A stretch of 64,000 nucleotides of DNA from Promethearchaeota archaeon. GTDB taxonomy: Archaea; Asgardarchaeota; Lokiarchaeia; Sigyniarchaeales; SOKP01. Under the pieces are notes generated by a model. The model was not told where the DNA came from, searched no databases, and worked only from the letters and a program-made list of their open reading frames with translations. The stretch is from contig JALGVJ010000010.1 in NCBI GenBank assembly GCA_029838195.1, positions 32,001 to 96,000 on the forward strand, read 5' to 3'. Position 1 is the stretch's first letter. Each line of letters starts with the position of its first letter. A program made the translations under genes and the position numbers. Below, one piece after another: positions 30,691-43,597 of the stretch.

Positions 30691-31263
30691 ATGCGAGAAT
30701 TGAAATTTTTTATTAAACCTTTGAAATTCTCTGATATAATTTTTGATTCTAACGTGTTTTCCTATTGTAAAAATGAAAAATTCACATGTCCGAATTATGG
30801 TCATTCTTGGGCATGTCCTCCGGCTTCTACTTCTTTAGAAAGGGAGTTTTCGCACTATAAACACTTTTATCTAATAGGTGTAAAATTAAATTTAGATAAA
30901 TATATTAAGCGCTTGCAAAAGAAATTTCCAAAAAAAAAAAGAGAACGTTTGATTAATGAATTATATAGAAAAAAAATCCTCGAGCGCGAATTGAACAATT
31001 TTATCATAACTTTTTTAGAAAAAAAGAAAGAAAAACACGAAAACTTTTTTATACTATGGGCAGGGTCGTGCGATACATGTGAACTTGAAGGAAAAAGGTG
31101 CACTTATGAGGAAAATGAGCCTTGTCGCTATCCCGAGAAAATGAAACGTGGAATGACCTCTGCTGGAATAAACACGGTTGAAACCGTAAAAAGATTTGGA
31201 TTAAATCTTAACTGGAAAAATGAAAAATACACCTACCGATTTGGATTAGCGTGTTTTAATTAA
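30691..31263 (+). CDS. DUF2284 metal-binding protein
   Basis: CPNYGHSWACPP, AGSCDTC, PCRYPE...GIN. Confidence 0.85.
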   Translation: MRELKFFIKPLKFSDIIFDSNVFSYCKNEKFTCPNYGHSWACPPASTSLEREFSHYKHFYLIGVKLNLDKYIKRLQKKFPKKKRERLINELYRKKILERELNNFIITFLEKKKEKHENFFILWAGSCDTCELEGKRCTYEENEPCRYPEKMKRGMTSAGINTVETVKRFGLNLNWKNEKYTYRFGLACFN

Positions 31264-31327
31264 AAATTTTTGATTAAGCATTTTTCCCTTTTCTTAAGAT
31301 ATATTACTCCTATTAAATTATCTTTAT

Positions 31328-32461
31328 TTGAAAATGCAATCTTCGAGTATCTACCAAGAATTAAAAGAGAAACCATTTAACAAGGCGGATATCCCATTAT
31401 ATCGATTATATTGTCATGGATTTCGCTCTGGAGGATATGTAGATGTCATCAATAGAGAAATCAACCGCATGAGAAGGGAGAGACTGGATTTAAAAGAGTT
31501 CGATGCCTTATTTAATGCCCAAATCGCGCTTGAAAAAATTTTAACTTTGCGGGAAGAGCCCATCCCCATTGATAAACATGTAGTACGACGATTTCTTCAT
31601 TATGACTCTCTCCATGAAAGAGCTTCAAAGCATTTAAAGGAAGCTGGAAAACAATATAAAGAAATAAAAAGATTACACCAGATTTTCATCGAGATTTTTA
31701 GAAAAATTAAGAATAGTGGAGGGTATTTTATCATTAATTGGTTAGATCCTTTTTTATTAAACCATGGTGCTCTTGATCTTCCTGATCAAGGATTGAAAAT
31801 TATTCAAGGAGTTTTTGCTGATAATTTTAGTTTAAATCATGCCGTGGTTTCTCCGGGATGTTCATTCTATCACGACCATGCACATCTTTGGGAATTTCAT
31901 TTTATTGATCATTATAGTAAGGAATTACTTTATGAACATTTTCGGGCGGGAAAAAAATTTAAAATCATCGGTAATGACATCATCTCAATGGGACCTACCA
32001 TTCCTCATGGCGGAAATAATCCTGAAAATAGCATTCCTTTTTTATTAGGATTTGTTTCTGGAAGCTTAAAACATGGTCCATGGCGATTTGATTTTAATGA
32101 TAGAGGCGTGCCTCCATGCGAAAATTTATTGACCGAAGATAAAATTGAAGCGTTAAATGGTGTTCAGCTAGATCCTATTTTGAAAGACCTTTCTTCGAAT
32201 TCTCGAAGTAACCAAATCAACCATGTTGTTTTCCCGAGTCAAGATTGCGATATTACCGTGAAACTCACGACAATTCGAGGAAATTTTACCATTCAACCCA
32301 TAAAAGAAGACACTATCGTTAAAATCTTACAAGGAACTGGATACATGCATTATGAGGATATGAATGAGCAAGATATTGGTTCAATGGATTCTTTTATCAT
32401 CCCTAAAAACATGAAATGTTTTCTTCAATCAAAGAACATATCATTATTGGTGTTTGGATAA
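31328..32461 (+). CDS. hypothetical protein with helical N-terminus and one or two cupin-like domains
   Basis: YHDHAHLWEFHF...PTIPHGG cupin metal motifs; second beta-rich C-terminal region. Confidence 0.6.
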   Translation: MKMQSSSIYQELKEKPFNKADIPLYRLYCHGFRSGGYVDVINREINRMRRERLDLKEFDALFNAQIALEKILTLREEPIPIDKHVVRRFLHYDSLHERASKHLKEAGKQYKEIKRLHQIFIEIFRKIKNSGGYFIINWLDPFLLNHGALDLPDQGLKIIQGVFADNFSLNHAVVSPGCSFYHDHAHLWEFHFIDHYSKELLYEHFRAGKKFKIIGNDIISMGPTIPHGGNNPENSIPFLLGFVSGSLKHGPWRFDFNDRGVPPCENLLTEDKIEALNGVQLDPILKDLSSNSRSNQINHVVFPSQDCDITVKLTTIRGNFTIQPIKEDTIVKILQGTGYMHYEDMNEQDIGSMDSFIIPKNMKCFLQSKNISLLVFG

Positions 32462-32526
32462 ATTTATTTGTGATGGTTGGAAATTAGTCTTGGACGTTTT
32501 TTTAAAAATTCTCATTCCCCTTCTTA

Positions 32527-33081
32527 TCATTTAACATGAGAAGCAAAATTTTTTGCGAATTCAAATATCTGCTCCCAATTTCGAAAATCGTTTCGTTTAC
32601 CTTTCATGATATTAGGATCTTCTTTAGAAGCCAATTCCATCATTTTTTTATTTAGAAACCCAAGAGTAGAGTTTTCGGATAAATCTAACACGCCCCCGAA
32701 CGCTTGTTTTAAACCTGGTGAGAGACCATATTGATTTAATATTGGATCAATATATTTTTCTCTTGCTACTTCACATTTATTAGGATTCATGGCCTCTCCA
32801 CAGCTCACATAAATACCTAATAGGTTTTCTTTTTGTTTTAAGGCTTTCGTGTTTTCTTTCAAAAATTTCTTGGCTTCTTTTGTCCAAGAACCGATTTTTA
32901 TTCCCGAACCAATTAAAATCCCATCGAAATCGTCAATCTTTAATTTTTTCTTGGACGATTTATCTTTTAGATTCATTAAAGTGGTGGTAAAACCTTCCTT
33001 ATTAAGATATTCGGAAATTTTTTCTGATATTTCAGCTGTACTTCCAAATCGTGAACCATATATAATTAAGATTTTTTTCAT
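32527..33081 (-). CDS. flavodoxin domain protein (HemG-like)
   Basis: YGSRFGSTAEI, ILIGSGI, FGG, DFRNWEQI. Confidence 0.88.
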   Translation of the reverse strand: MKKILIIYGSRFGSTAEISEKISEYLNKEGFTTTLMNLKDKSSKKKLKIDDFDGILIGSGIKIGSWTKEAKKFLKENTKALKQKENLLGIYVSCGEAMNPNKCEVAREKYIDPILNQYGLSPGLKQAFGGVLDLSENSTLGFLNKKMMELASKEDPNIMKGKRNDFRNWEQIFEFAKNFASHVK

Positions 33082-33204
33082 GGATTTTCATCTTCTTTAA
33101 ATTTTTTTTTTTTTTTCATGAATTGAGTATTCTTATTTTTTATTTTACTAATCTTTTATCTTTTTTATGAAAAAGTAGAAAATTTTTAATTTTTTTAAAA
33201 AATT

Positions 33205-35546
<2,342 letters not shown>

Positions 35547-35869
35547 TTATTTTCCGCATTCTCAACTTACTTAAATCTCAAATTTTTTCTTCCAAAATCC
35601 AAAATCTATATTCCTTTAAAAAATTTTCAATTATTTTTATCTCAACTTGTCAGTTCAATTGTATTTGAAGGGATAATTTTAAATATTACGCATTCCTTAA
35701 GCGTGATTCAAATATAAATTCGATCTTTTTCTAAATCCTTCCCTTTAAATAGAAAAATGAATAGAGGATCCATGCATCCGCTTTTTTAAAGGAAAATGGT
35801 ATCCAATGATTTATATATGAAGTTTTTCATTAAAGAATTAACAAAGATAAGTTAATTTTTTTTTTTACA

Positions 35870-36835
35870 ATGCCGTCGAGCTTGAATGGAACCATCCTTT
35901 TTGATTTATATCACGGTGAAATGCTGGATCTGGAGAATCAAGAATATTCGGAATTCAAGAATCTATTAAAAAAACAAGACATGAATGTCTTAAAAAATGA
36001 TAATCAACCCCTTACCAGAAAACTATTAAAAGACATTGACCTTCTCATTCTGGGAAATCCCATCAATAAATATTTTTCTGGTGAAGAAATTAAGGAAATT
36101 GAAGATTTTGTACGCATTGGGGGCAATCTATTATTAATTTCCGAATATGGCTCCGATTATCTCCAAAAAACTAATCTAAACGAATTAGCAAAACGTTTTG
36201 GCTTCTATTTCTTACCAAATATCGTAAAAGAACTAAATTCCTCTAATGAAAATTGTCAAAGTATCATATCCATCAAGATTTTACATGACAATGAAAATGA
36301 ATTATTATCTCATGTAAGATTCCTTCAAATTGGAGGATGCTGTTCTCTACTCTTGTTGAATCGATTTGCTCAATCATTTTTGAAAATCAAGCAAAGAGAA
36401 GGGATCTGGACGGAAACCTACGATGCTTTGACCAAATCATGGATCATCAATGATAAAAAAGAAAAAGAAAAAAAGAAAGAAATCATCTTGGCAGCATGTT
36501 CACATCACGGCAAGGGGAAAATTATTGGAATCGGAGATGTGGATATCTTTTCCAATACCCCTCGCATCGGAATCAGCGCTAATGATCATGAGAGATTACT
36601 TTTAAATCTGCTCAAATGGTTTAAAGAACCGGTTGCAGAATCAAAATTACGAATTTGGATATTAAATCAAATAGGAATGCTTCAACATTCTGTAAAAGAG
36701 ATTAATTTAAAATTAAATAATATCATCGAAACCCTAACTCTTTTAGAAAAAAGAATTAGCTTAGTGGAAGCAAATTCAACTTCCCTTCCTGTTAAAACCT
36801 TTCATGAAGAAATCGTTGAAAGAAATGATTCATGA
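35870..36835 (+). CDS. GIFT/DUF4350 (IFT52-N-like, class I GATase-like fold) protein with C-terminal coiled coil
   Basis: ILFDLYHGE, DLLILGNP..FS.EEI..I..FV..GG.LLL..E, TNLNEL..FG, GKGKIIGIGDVDIF. Confidence 0.7.
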   Translation: MPSSLNGTILFDLYHGEMLDLENQEYSEFKNLLKKQDMNVLKNDNQPLTRKLLKDIDLLILGNPINKYFSGEEIKEIEDFVRIGGNLLLISEYGSDYLQKTNLNELAKRFGFYFLPNIVKELNSSNENCQSIISIKILHDNENELLSHVRFLQIGGCCSLLLLNRFAQSFLKIKQREGIWTETYDALTKSWIINDKKEKEKKKEIILAACSHHGKGKIIGIGDVDIFSNTPRIGISANDHERLLLNLLKWFKEPVAESKLRIWILNQIGMLQHSVKEINLKLNNIIETLTLLEKRISLVEANSTSLPVKTFHEEIVERNDS

Positions 36836-37021
36836 TCTATTATTTTTATGGTTCCAAAATTGTCATGCCCTTCGGCTAAAAAGAAATACTTTAATAGAAA
36901 TTTGTTAAGCACGATTCACGCTTAGCTAATAAGATTTCAAAATTCAATTATTATAAATATTAATATAGTTCTATGATTAATTAATAATTAATCAAATATC
37001 TATTAACATGGAGATCTAAAA

Positions 37022-38347
37022 ATGAGTGAAGAAAAAGTTAGAAGCAAATTCGAATTATTTGTCATATTAACTGCCGCAGTTATCGCATGGATGCATGATG
37101 GATATTCTCTCGTTATCATAAGCCTTCTCGCAAACGACCTAAAAACATTTTTTGGTGTAGGCGACGCAGCAATAGGGTTAACAATATCCCTACAATTTGT
37201 AGCAACGGTTCCTGGGGCAATTTTATTTGGCGAATTGGGAGATCGATTTGGAAGGAAAAAAGCACTTATCATTTCTATTGCATGGGATGCTGTATTCTCG
37301 GCAAGCACAGCCTTCGTCCCAGCTGGAGAATATTTTTTATTTGCTGTTTTGAGATTTATTTCTGGGCTCGGCGTTAGTTGGGGAATTTCCTTTTCTTTAA
37401 TTTCGGAATACTTTCAGCCTCAAAGAAGGGGAGCGGCAGGAGGATTAGTTCATTCCACGTTTGTCGTTGGATATGTTTCCGCAATCATTGCCACTCTTCT
37501 CATATCGCCTTATGGGTGGCAATATTGTTTTTTAACTGCCCTATTTCCTTTTCCCTTTTTGGTACTCTTTTGGTTTGCATTGCCGGAATCTGCTGTTTGG
37601 GCGGAATATGATCAATTAACAAAAGAAGGGAAAATTGAGCAAAAAGTAAGAATTAAGGAATTGTTCAGTGGTCGCTGGTTAAAAATCACGGTGCTACTCA
37701 TAATTCTGTTCTGGTTATGCGAAGCCGCCTATCACATGCTTGTCGATTTTGCCCCCGTATTCTTTGAATATCTTTTTGCATATCAAGGTGTGGCGAATCC
37801 AGGAAACGCCGCATTATTTTTCATGTTAGGTCTCATGGTGGTTGCAGCATTTGTCTTATTTGGTTTCGGAGCCCTTTCTGACTATATTGGACGGAAAAAA
37901 GCATTTTACTTGGATAATATTTTTGGCGTCGTGGGAGGCTCGCTATTTGGAATATTTCTATTGCTTTCTTTTAACTCTACCATGATCTTAGTCGCATCTA
38001 TATTAATTACGGCAAGTTTTGGCCTACACGGAATTTTTGGTGTATGGAGTTCTGAGCTATACGACACGGAACTTCGAGCCTCGGCAAATGGTATCATTTT
38101 TTCAGTGGCACGCGGAGCTGGGTTCGGCGGATTCATCGTGGGCTTGATTTCCGATGCTTTAAATCCTTATGAAACTACTGCTGAGCGCCTTGCGAATCCT
38201 TTTGTTTCTCTACAGGCATTAGGAACGGGCATGCTCCTCTGTCTTGTTGCTTATATTGGTATAATGATTGTCTTGTGGTTTGTTCCCGAGCCCTTAGATA
38301 AAACGATTACAGCTTTACCAAAATCCTCAAAACTCATGAAACCCTAA
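37022..38347 (+). CDS. MFS transporter
   Basis: GELGDRFGRKK and GALSDYIGRKK motif A copies; LPES. Confidence 0.92.
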   Translation: MSEEKVRSKFELFVILTAAVIAWMHDGYSLVIISLLANDLKTFFGVGDAAIGLTISLQFVATVPGAILFGELGDRFGRKKALIISIAWDAVFSASTAFVPAGEYFLFAVLRFISGLGVSWGISFSLISEYFQPQRRGAAGGLVHSTFVVGYVSAIIATLLISPYGWQYCFLTALFPFPFLVLFWFALPESAVWAEYDQLTKEGKIEQKVRIKELFSGRWLKITVLLIILFWLCEAAYHMLVDFAPVFFEYLFAYQGVANPGNAALFFMLGLMVVAAFVLFGFGALSDYIGRKKAFYLDNIFGVVGGSLFGIFLLLSFNSTMILVASILITASFGLHGIFGVWSSELYDTELRASANGIIFSVARGAGFGGFIVGLISDALNPYETTAERLANPFVSLQALGTGMLLCLVAYIGIMIVLWFVPEPLDKTITALPKSSKLMKP

Positions 38348-38594
38348 TTATATTCGGATAAAAATCATTAATTTTTATTTTTTTTTATTTTTCTCTTTAA
38401 ATTCGAGGAAAAAATTCTTTCTCTATTTGCTTTCTTTAGGAAAAGAATTAAAACGTGATTTTTTTCAAAGAAAAAGGAGTAAAAATAATTAAATAACAAG
38501 AATAAGAAATAAAATTAAGATATTTATTAGTATTTCCAGTTTTTATGAAATGTAATTAGTAGCTCATCCACAACTTTAAATAAATTTTTCCAAT

Positions 38595-40040
38595 TTAATC
38601 GATATCAAGGATATCTTTTGCAAATTGTTTTTTTTCCCCTAATTTGGATTCTCTATAAATCATAATTCTTTGTGCTTGAGGAGAGCCGGCGCCATGCATG
38701 CTCTCCGTTCTATAGCTCACGGAAGCGACTCCCATTGTTAAATTTTCAATGAAACGCAAGATTTTATACCGATCTTCAGGCGAGAGATTTTCACAAGTAG
38801 ATAAATATTTTTCTAAAAGAGGGCCAATCTCATTTGATCTTAGATCTGCTTCAGAGGGCATCGTACAAATTAAACCACCAGCAATATCTTCGGCTAATCT
38901 GGCAATCTCATAGGGAAAGCGGGTAACATTTTGCTTGCAAACATTTGCCAAGAGCATGTTCATTTCATAATTTCCGGCTTGCCGTGGAAAACCAAGAGAA
39001 CTACAAGCAATTCCACAGCTAAATAGGGTCTCATTTAAGTGGGTCATTTCGATTAGTTTATCCCGAACGTGAGAAGCATTTTGCACTCCATTAAATTCTG
39101 CTGCTAATGCGGTGGCCCCTATGAGAACATCTCCCACTCCCACCTTGCAACCTCCATAAGATTGTCGATGAAAACCGGCAAATCTATTTACTAATTCTCC
39201 TGAAAATTCTATTTCCCCGTTCATGAACACGTGCTCTTTGGGAACAAATACGTCATCAAAAATCACGAAGATTTCCTGACCCCCATATTTATAATTTCCA
39301 ATATCGAGAGGATTTTTTTCTAATTTTCGGGTGTCGCACGACTGCCTCCCATAAATCATGATGATCCCCTTTTCATTAGTATCCACTCCAAAGCTCACGG
39401 CATATTTCTCTTCTCCGGGACGCAAGGCTAAAGTAGGCATGATGATGGCGCGATGGGAATTAAGAAAACCCGTTTGATGTATTTTAGCTCCTCTAACCAC
39501 GATCCCGTCCTCTGAATCCTCCACGACATGTAAATAAGCGTCGGGATTAGGTTGCTCGATCGGTCGCTTGCTCCGATCTCCTTTAGGATCAGTCATTGCC
39601 CCTCCTACCATTAAATCTTGGGCTTGTACTTCGCTCCAGTATTTTTTAAATCGCTCATGATAATCTGTACCGAATTTTTTATCCATTTCAAATGTGACGC
39701 TATACAATGCATTCGCAGCATCAAATCCCACGCATCTCTGAAAGCAACATGCCGTATGCTGTCCTAATAATCGAAGCATATTCACTTTTTTAATTAGATC
39801 TTCCGTGGATTGATGAATGTGAGTGAATCGATTAATGATCTCCCCCGTGAGATGGGAGCGTGCCGTCATGATCTCTTGATAGTTAGGATCTTGCGCTAAT
39901 TCATAAATTTTTTTCACGGTATTAATAGAAGGTTTGATAATCGGATGATTCCAAAAATCTTGTATTTTCTCTCCAAAAAGATAGAGGTTTACGGGACGTT
40001 TAATGCTTTCAAGATATTCCTCCGGTGTTTTTAATACCAC
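38595..40040 (-). CDS. abfD: 4-hydroxybutyryl-CoA dehydratase/vinylacetyl-CoA isomerase
   Basis: CCFQRCVG, MTDPKGDRS, HRQSYGGCK, ESMHGAGSPQAQ. Confidence 0.93.
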   Translation of the reverse strand: MVLKTPEEYLESIKRPVNLYLFGEKIQDFWNHPIIKPSINTVKKIYELAQDPNYQEIMTARSHLTGEIINRFTHIHQSTEDLIKKVNMLRLLGQHTACCFQRCVGFDAANALYSVTFEMDKKFGTDYHERFKKYWSEVQAQDLMVGGAMTDPKGDRSKRPIEQPNPDAYLHVVEDSEDGIVVRGAKIHQTGFLNSHRAIIMPTLALRPGEEKYAVSFGVDTNEKGIIMIYGRQSCDTRKLEKNPLDIGNYKYGGQEIFVIFDDVFVPKEHVFMNGEIEFSGELVNRFAGFHRQSYGGCKVGVGDVLIGATALAAEFNGVQNASHVRDKLIEMTHLNETLFSCGIACSSLGFPRQAGNYEMNMLLANVCKQNVTRFPYEIARLAEDIAGGLICTMPSEADLRSNEIGPLLEKYLSTCENLSPEDRYKILRFIENLTMGVASVSYRTESMHGAGSPQAQRIMIYRESKLGEKKQFAKDILDID

Positions 40041-40315
40041 TTGAGATTTTCACCTAATTAAAACGTGATTTGATATCGTTTTATTGTTGAGTTTAGACAT
40101 AAAAAGAAATTAAGAATTAAAATTCTTTCTTTAATATTTAAAGCCTTTTTCCCTTAAGTCCTTCATTTTTTAAAAATACTGAAGAAAAATTGTTCTTTTT
40201 AAATCTTCTTTAAAGAGAAATAATTCTTATTTAGCTCATTAAATATTTCCCGTGCTCGAATGGTTAAAAATTAAACAAATTTAAAAGTAAAAAATCTGAC
40301 TTTTAAACCGTCAAT

Positions 40316-41989
40316 TTACTCGAACTCTAAAATTGCTCCTTTAGAAGCGGAACTTACTAATTTTCTGTATTTTAGTAGGGTTTTACTCTTGATCTCTCTT
40401 TCAACAGGTTGCCAATTCTTTAACCTTTTCTTGATCTCCTCTTCTGAAACTTTAAAATCTAATCTCCTATTTGGAATATCAATTTGAATGAGATCTCCAT
40501 CCTCTACCACGGCTATAGGACCCCCGACGTAAGCCTCCGGACTGACATGCCCAATACAAGGCCCTTGAGAAGCTCCGGAAAATCTTCCATCCGTGATCAA
40601 AGCAAAATCGGTCATATCTTGTCTCACCATTAAATTGGACGTGAGAGCAACTAACTCCGGCATTCCTGGCCCACCCTTTGGCCCTTCATAACGAACTATG
40701 ATGACATCTCCATTTTTAATTTCATGCGATGATAATGCTTTTATTGCCTCTCGCTCTGAATTATAGCATCGAGCAGGACCTTCAAATTTTAATAAACTTT
40801 CCTTCCCTACAGCAGATTGCTTCACAACGGCGCATTCTGGAGCAAGATTTCCCTTCAAGATTACGGTTCCTCCCTCGAGAGACACCGGTCTATCAAGAGG
40901 ACGAATTACCTCATCATCGAGCACCTTAACTTTTCTTAAAAGTTTCTTTAATGGTTTTTCCGACACGGTCAGGCAGTCCAAGTTCAAGTGATCCGCGATT
41001 CTTTTCATCACTGCCGGAACGCCTCCTGCCTTATATAAATCCACGATTCCATACACGCCGGAAGGGGATGTATTGACAATCATGGGTATTTTCTTGCTAT
41101 ATTCATTAAATTTCTCCAGGTCAAACTCGATATCCATCTCATGAGCAATAGCTGGGATGTGAAGCGTGGCATTTGTAGAGCCCCCAATTGCCGCATCCAT
41201 TAACAGCACATTTTCCAAGGATTTCTCAGTCATTATCATGGAAGGTGTTATGCCATGCTCTAATAAATCCATGATCTTTCGACCAGAATTTTTTGCAATG
41301 ACTAATTTCTTGCGCGTGAAGGCAGGTGTGGTTGCCGCATTGGGTAAGGTCATTCCGAAAGCTTCCATTAAAATTTGAGTCGTATTCGCTGTTCCCATGA
41401 ATTCACAAGCTCCAGCTGTAGCACATGCTATGCAATCTGTTTTATGTTGAAAATCCTCGTAATATTTTACATCAACGCCTTTATAATCAGGGGAAAAAGC
41501 GATTTCAAATAAATTGGGTCCACCTGGCACGCATATGGCAGGGATGTCCAATCTTACTATCGCCATTAATACTGCTGGATTGATCTTATCGCAGCTCGAG
41601 AGCGTGACAATCGCATCGAGTCGATGTGCTTCTACCATGGCTTCGATGGAATCAGCTATTATTTCTCTCTGAGGAAGGATAAAACGCATTCCAACATGGC
41701 CATTAGCCCATCCATCGCAAGGGGCAATGGTATTAAATTCTAACGGAACTCCGCCTCTCTCAGCTATTCCTAATTTTACCGCATCTGCTAATTGTCTCAA
41801 ATGCATGTGCCCTGGATTAATCTCGTTCCAAGTGTTTACAATCCCTATAAATGGTTTTTCATGAAGTTCTTTCTCATCTATGCCCGTTCCCATTATCATC
41901 CCCTTGGTTGCGAAGTAATAGGCAGTATTTTTAATAACTTCAAAGATCTGATTGCTACGTGCTTTTACATTTATTTTTTTTTCATTCAT
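40316..41989 (-). CDS. ilvD: dihydroxy-acid dehydratase family (IlvD/Edd)
   Basis: PCDG, CDK, GTANT, GGSTN, EGPKGGPGMPE, TDGRFSG, GHVSPEA. Confidence 0.92.
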   Translation of the reverse strand: MNEKKINVKARSNQIFEVIKNTAYYFATKGMIMGTGIDEKELHEKPFIGIVNTWNEINPGHMHLRQLADAVKLGIAERGGVPLEFNTIAPCDGWANGHVGMRFILPQREIIADSIEAMVEAHRLDAIVTLSSCDKINPAVLMAIVRLDIPAICVPGGPNLFEIAFSPDYKGVDVKYYEDFQHKTDCIACATAGACEFMGTANTTQILMEAFGMTLPNAATTPAFTRKKLVIAKNSGRKIMDLLEHGITPSMIMTEKSLENVLLMDAAIGGSTNATLHIPAIAHEMDIEFDLEKFNEYSKKIPMIVNTSPSGVYGIVDLYKAGGVPAVMKRIADHLNLDCLTVSEKPLKKLLRKVKVLDDEVIRPLDRPVSLEGGTVILKGNLAPECAVVKQSAVGKESLLKFEGPARCYNSEREAIKALSSHEIKNGDVIIVRYEGPKGGPGMPELVALTSNLMVRQDMTDFALITDGRFSGASQGPCIGHVSPEAYVGGPIAVVEDGDLIQIDIPNRRLDFKVSEEEIKKRLKNWQPVEREIKSKTLLKYRKLVSSASKGAILEFE

Positions 41990-42045
41990 GAGTCTTGCCT
42001 CTTTCTATTTAACTTATTGTTATTTTATTAATTAATAAGATACAT

Positions 42046-42063
42046 TGATGTAAAAATACATCA
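42046..42063. promoter_or_regulatory. candidate operator upstream of ilvD
   Basis: TGATGTA-AAAA-TACATCA inverted repeat about 57 nt before the ilvD start. Confidence 0.4.
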
Positions 42064-42214
42064 TGAAATTAAAAAATTAATTAAAATTTGAGATAGAGCT
42101 TTAATGAAAAAAGTTTGGAAAAAAATATTTATCACGGGTTTTTTTTAAAGGGTGCTCTACTATCCTTTTTATCATTCACGAGTTAGCATATTTCGAATGA
42201 ATCCGGATTAAATC

Positions 42215-42391
42215 TCATTTTAAATCATAATAACATCGTTTAGGAGAATAGACGAGACCTTCTTCTCTTAATTCTTTAATGATTTTGGATACCTCTTTGG
42301 ATTCGATTCCTATTGCTTTTGCTATATCTCCGGGACGCAAGGGTTTTCCTGCATTTTTAAAAGCTTCCAATACTTTTTCTTTTTCTGACAT
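42215..42391 (-). CDS. 58-aa stand-alone winged-helix protein (missed by ORF track)
   Basis: MSEKEKVLEAFKNAGKPLRPGDIAKAIGIESKEVSKIIKELREEGLVYSPKRCYYDLK*; ATG 42391, TGA 42215. Confidence 0.85.
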   Translation of the reverse strand: MSEKEKVLEAFKNAGKPLRPGDIAKAIGIESKEVSKIIKELREEGLVYSPKRCYYDLK

Positions 42392-42476
42392 GAGGATCAG
42401 TTGCTAAATTAATTAATTCATTTGATAATTCTTGTATTTAATCAAGAATTTGTTTTTAAAAATGTTTTCATTTTCG

Positions 42477-42694
42477 ATGTTTATCGAAGAGAAAGCAAAA
42501 ATCATGATATCCTGTTTTATTAAAAAGGAGAATTAAAAAATCTAACCATCTTGAGAAAATTAATGGGCATTCCAAAAGAGGAGTTAAGAATAAAATTAAA
42601 CGACGTGATTAACCGGGGTAAACTTCGAAAAATTACCCCTTATTATTACGTGTTGCCTTATTCTCCCGGAGGATTTCGCGCTGATTTTAATTAA
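42477..42694 (+). pseudogene. remnant of the N-terminal (wHTH-like) region of a 4Fe-4S protein
   Basis: MFIEEKAKIMISCFIK, then a frameshift in an A-run into GELKNLTILRKLMGIPKEELRIKLNDVINRG...YVLPYSPGGF. Confidence 0.4.
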
Positions 42695-42757
42695 TTCGTG
42701 AAGAAGAGATGAATTTAGGCATGTTTTATATCATTCGTGCTCAAGAGATGGAAAAAG

Positions 42758-43204
42758 CTAGAAACTCGGTGGCTTCCACTTTTTATAATAAGATTCATAT
42801 TTCTTTAATATTTCAGTGGGCTCAATTTTTCTATTTTCTTGAAGAGCTCGCAAGGCTTCCAATAATATCTCTGTTTGTAGTAAAACAAATTCTTGGTGTT
42901 TGATATCACTGGTGGTTAAGAATCGGTGAGTTATTTCATTCGATTTCAGTGTATCCATGGTGTTTATGTTAAAAACGTCTAAAAAATATCCTATAATAAA
43001 AGCAGCTAATAAAATAATGGGGAATATTAATATTATCATCCAAAATTCGATATTAAATGCCAAAGAAATTAATGAAATCGCACTTAATGTAGATACGATA
43101 ATGGAATAATACGATTGCCCTAATTTTAATCTAGAAAGTTGACGTCCAATGAATTGAGCAGATTTTACGGTCTTAATAAAATCTGTCTTTTTGATTCTTA
43201 GCAT
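42758..43204 (-). CDS. hypothetical 2-TM membrane protein
   Basis: 148-aa ORF with a hydrophobic hairpin. Confidence 0.7.
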   Translation of the reverse strand: MLRIKKTDFIKTVKSAQFIGRQLSRLKLGQSYYSIIVSTLSAISLISLAFNIEFWMIILIFPIILLAAFIIGYFLDVFNINTMDTLKSNEITHRFLTTSDIKHQEFVLLQTEILLEALRALQENRKIEPTEILKKYESYYKKWKPPSF

Positions 43205-43597
43205 GGTTCCTACCTCTAATTTAGTGATCTTTTAATTGATATCATGGAAGATAAAACGTATCATTTCTATTATTTTATTGCATGTTTTATTATCCGAGGA
43301 GAAATTTTGTGTTCCCTAAAAGGAAAGAATTCGATTCTTTCATTTCTCCTTCAATTTCATTCAAGATTTTTCCAAGCATGTCAAAGTAATCTTTTAAATT
43401 CGAAAAAAAATCTTGATCAATTCTTTTCAAATTCCTCTCGTTCCGTACTAAAATTTCCCCTGCCACGGAAATAAAACGGATTTCTTGACTCGGGGTGCTT
43501 CTTTATTATTTTTGGTAAATTTAAAATGAAACCATGTACTAGTTAATTAAACACTTTTGAATTCGTCATTTAAAGGATGAAGCAAAAATGAATAGTA

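Noticed and set aside
43244-43474. 76-aa + strand ORF, and an opposite-strand helical frame (LKDYFDMLGKILNEIEGEMKE...)
   Set aside because: The + ORF looks non-coding; the minus frame may be a gene remnant but has no clear start or recognisable family
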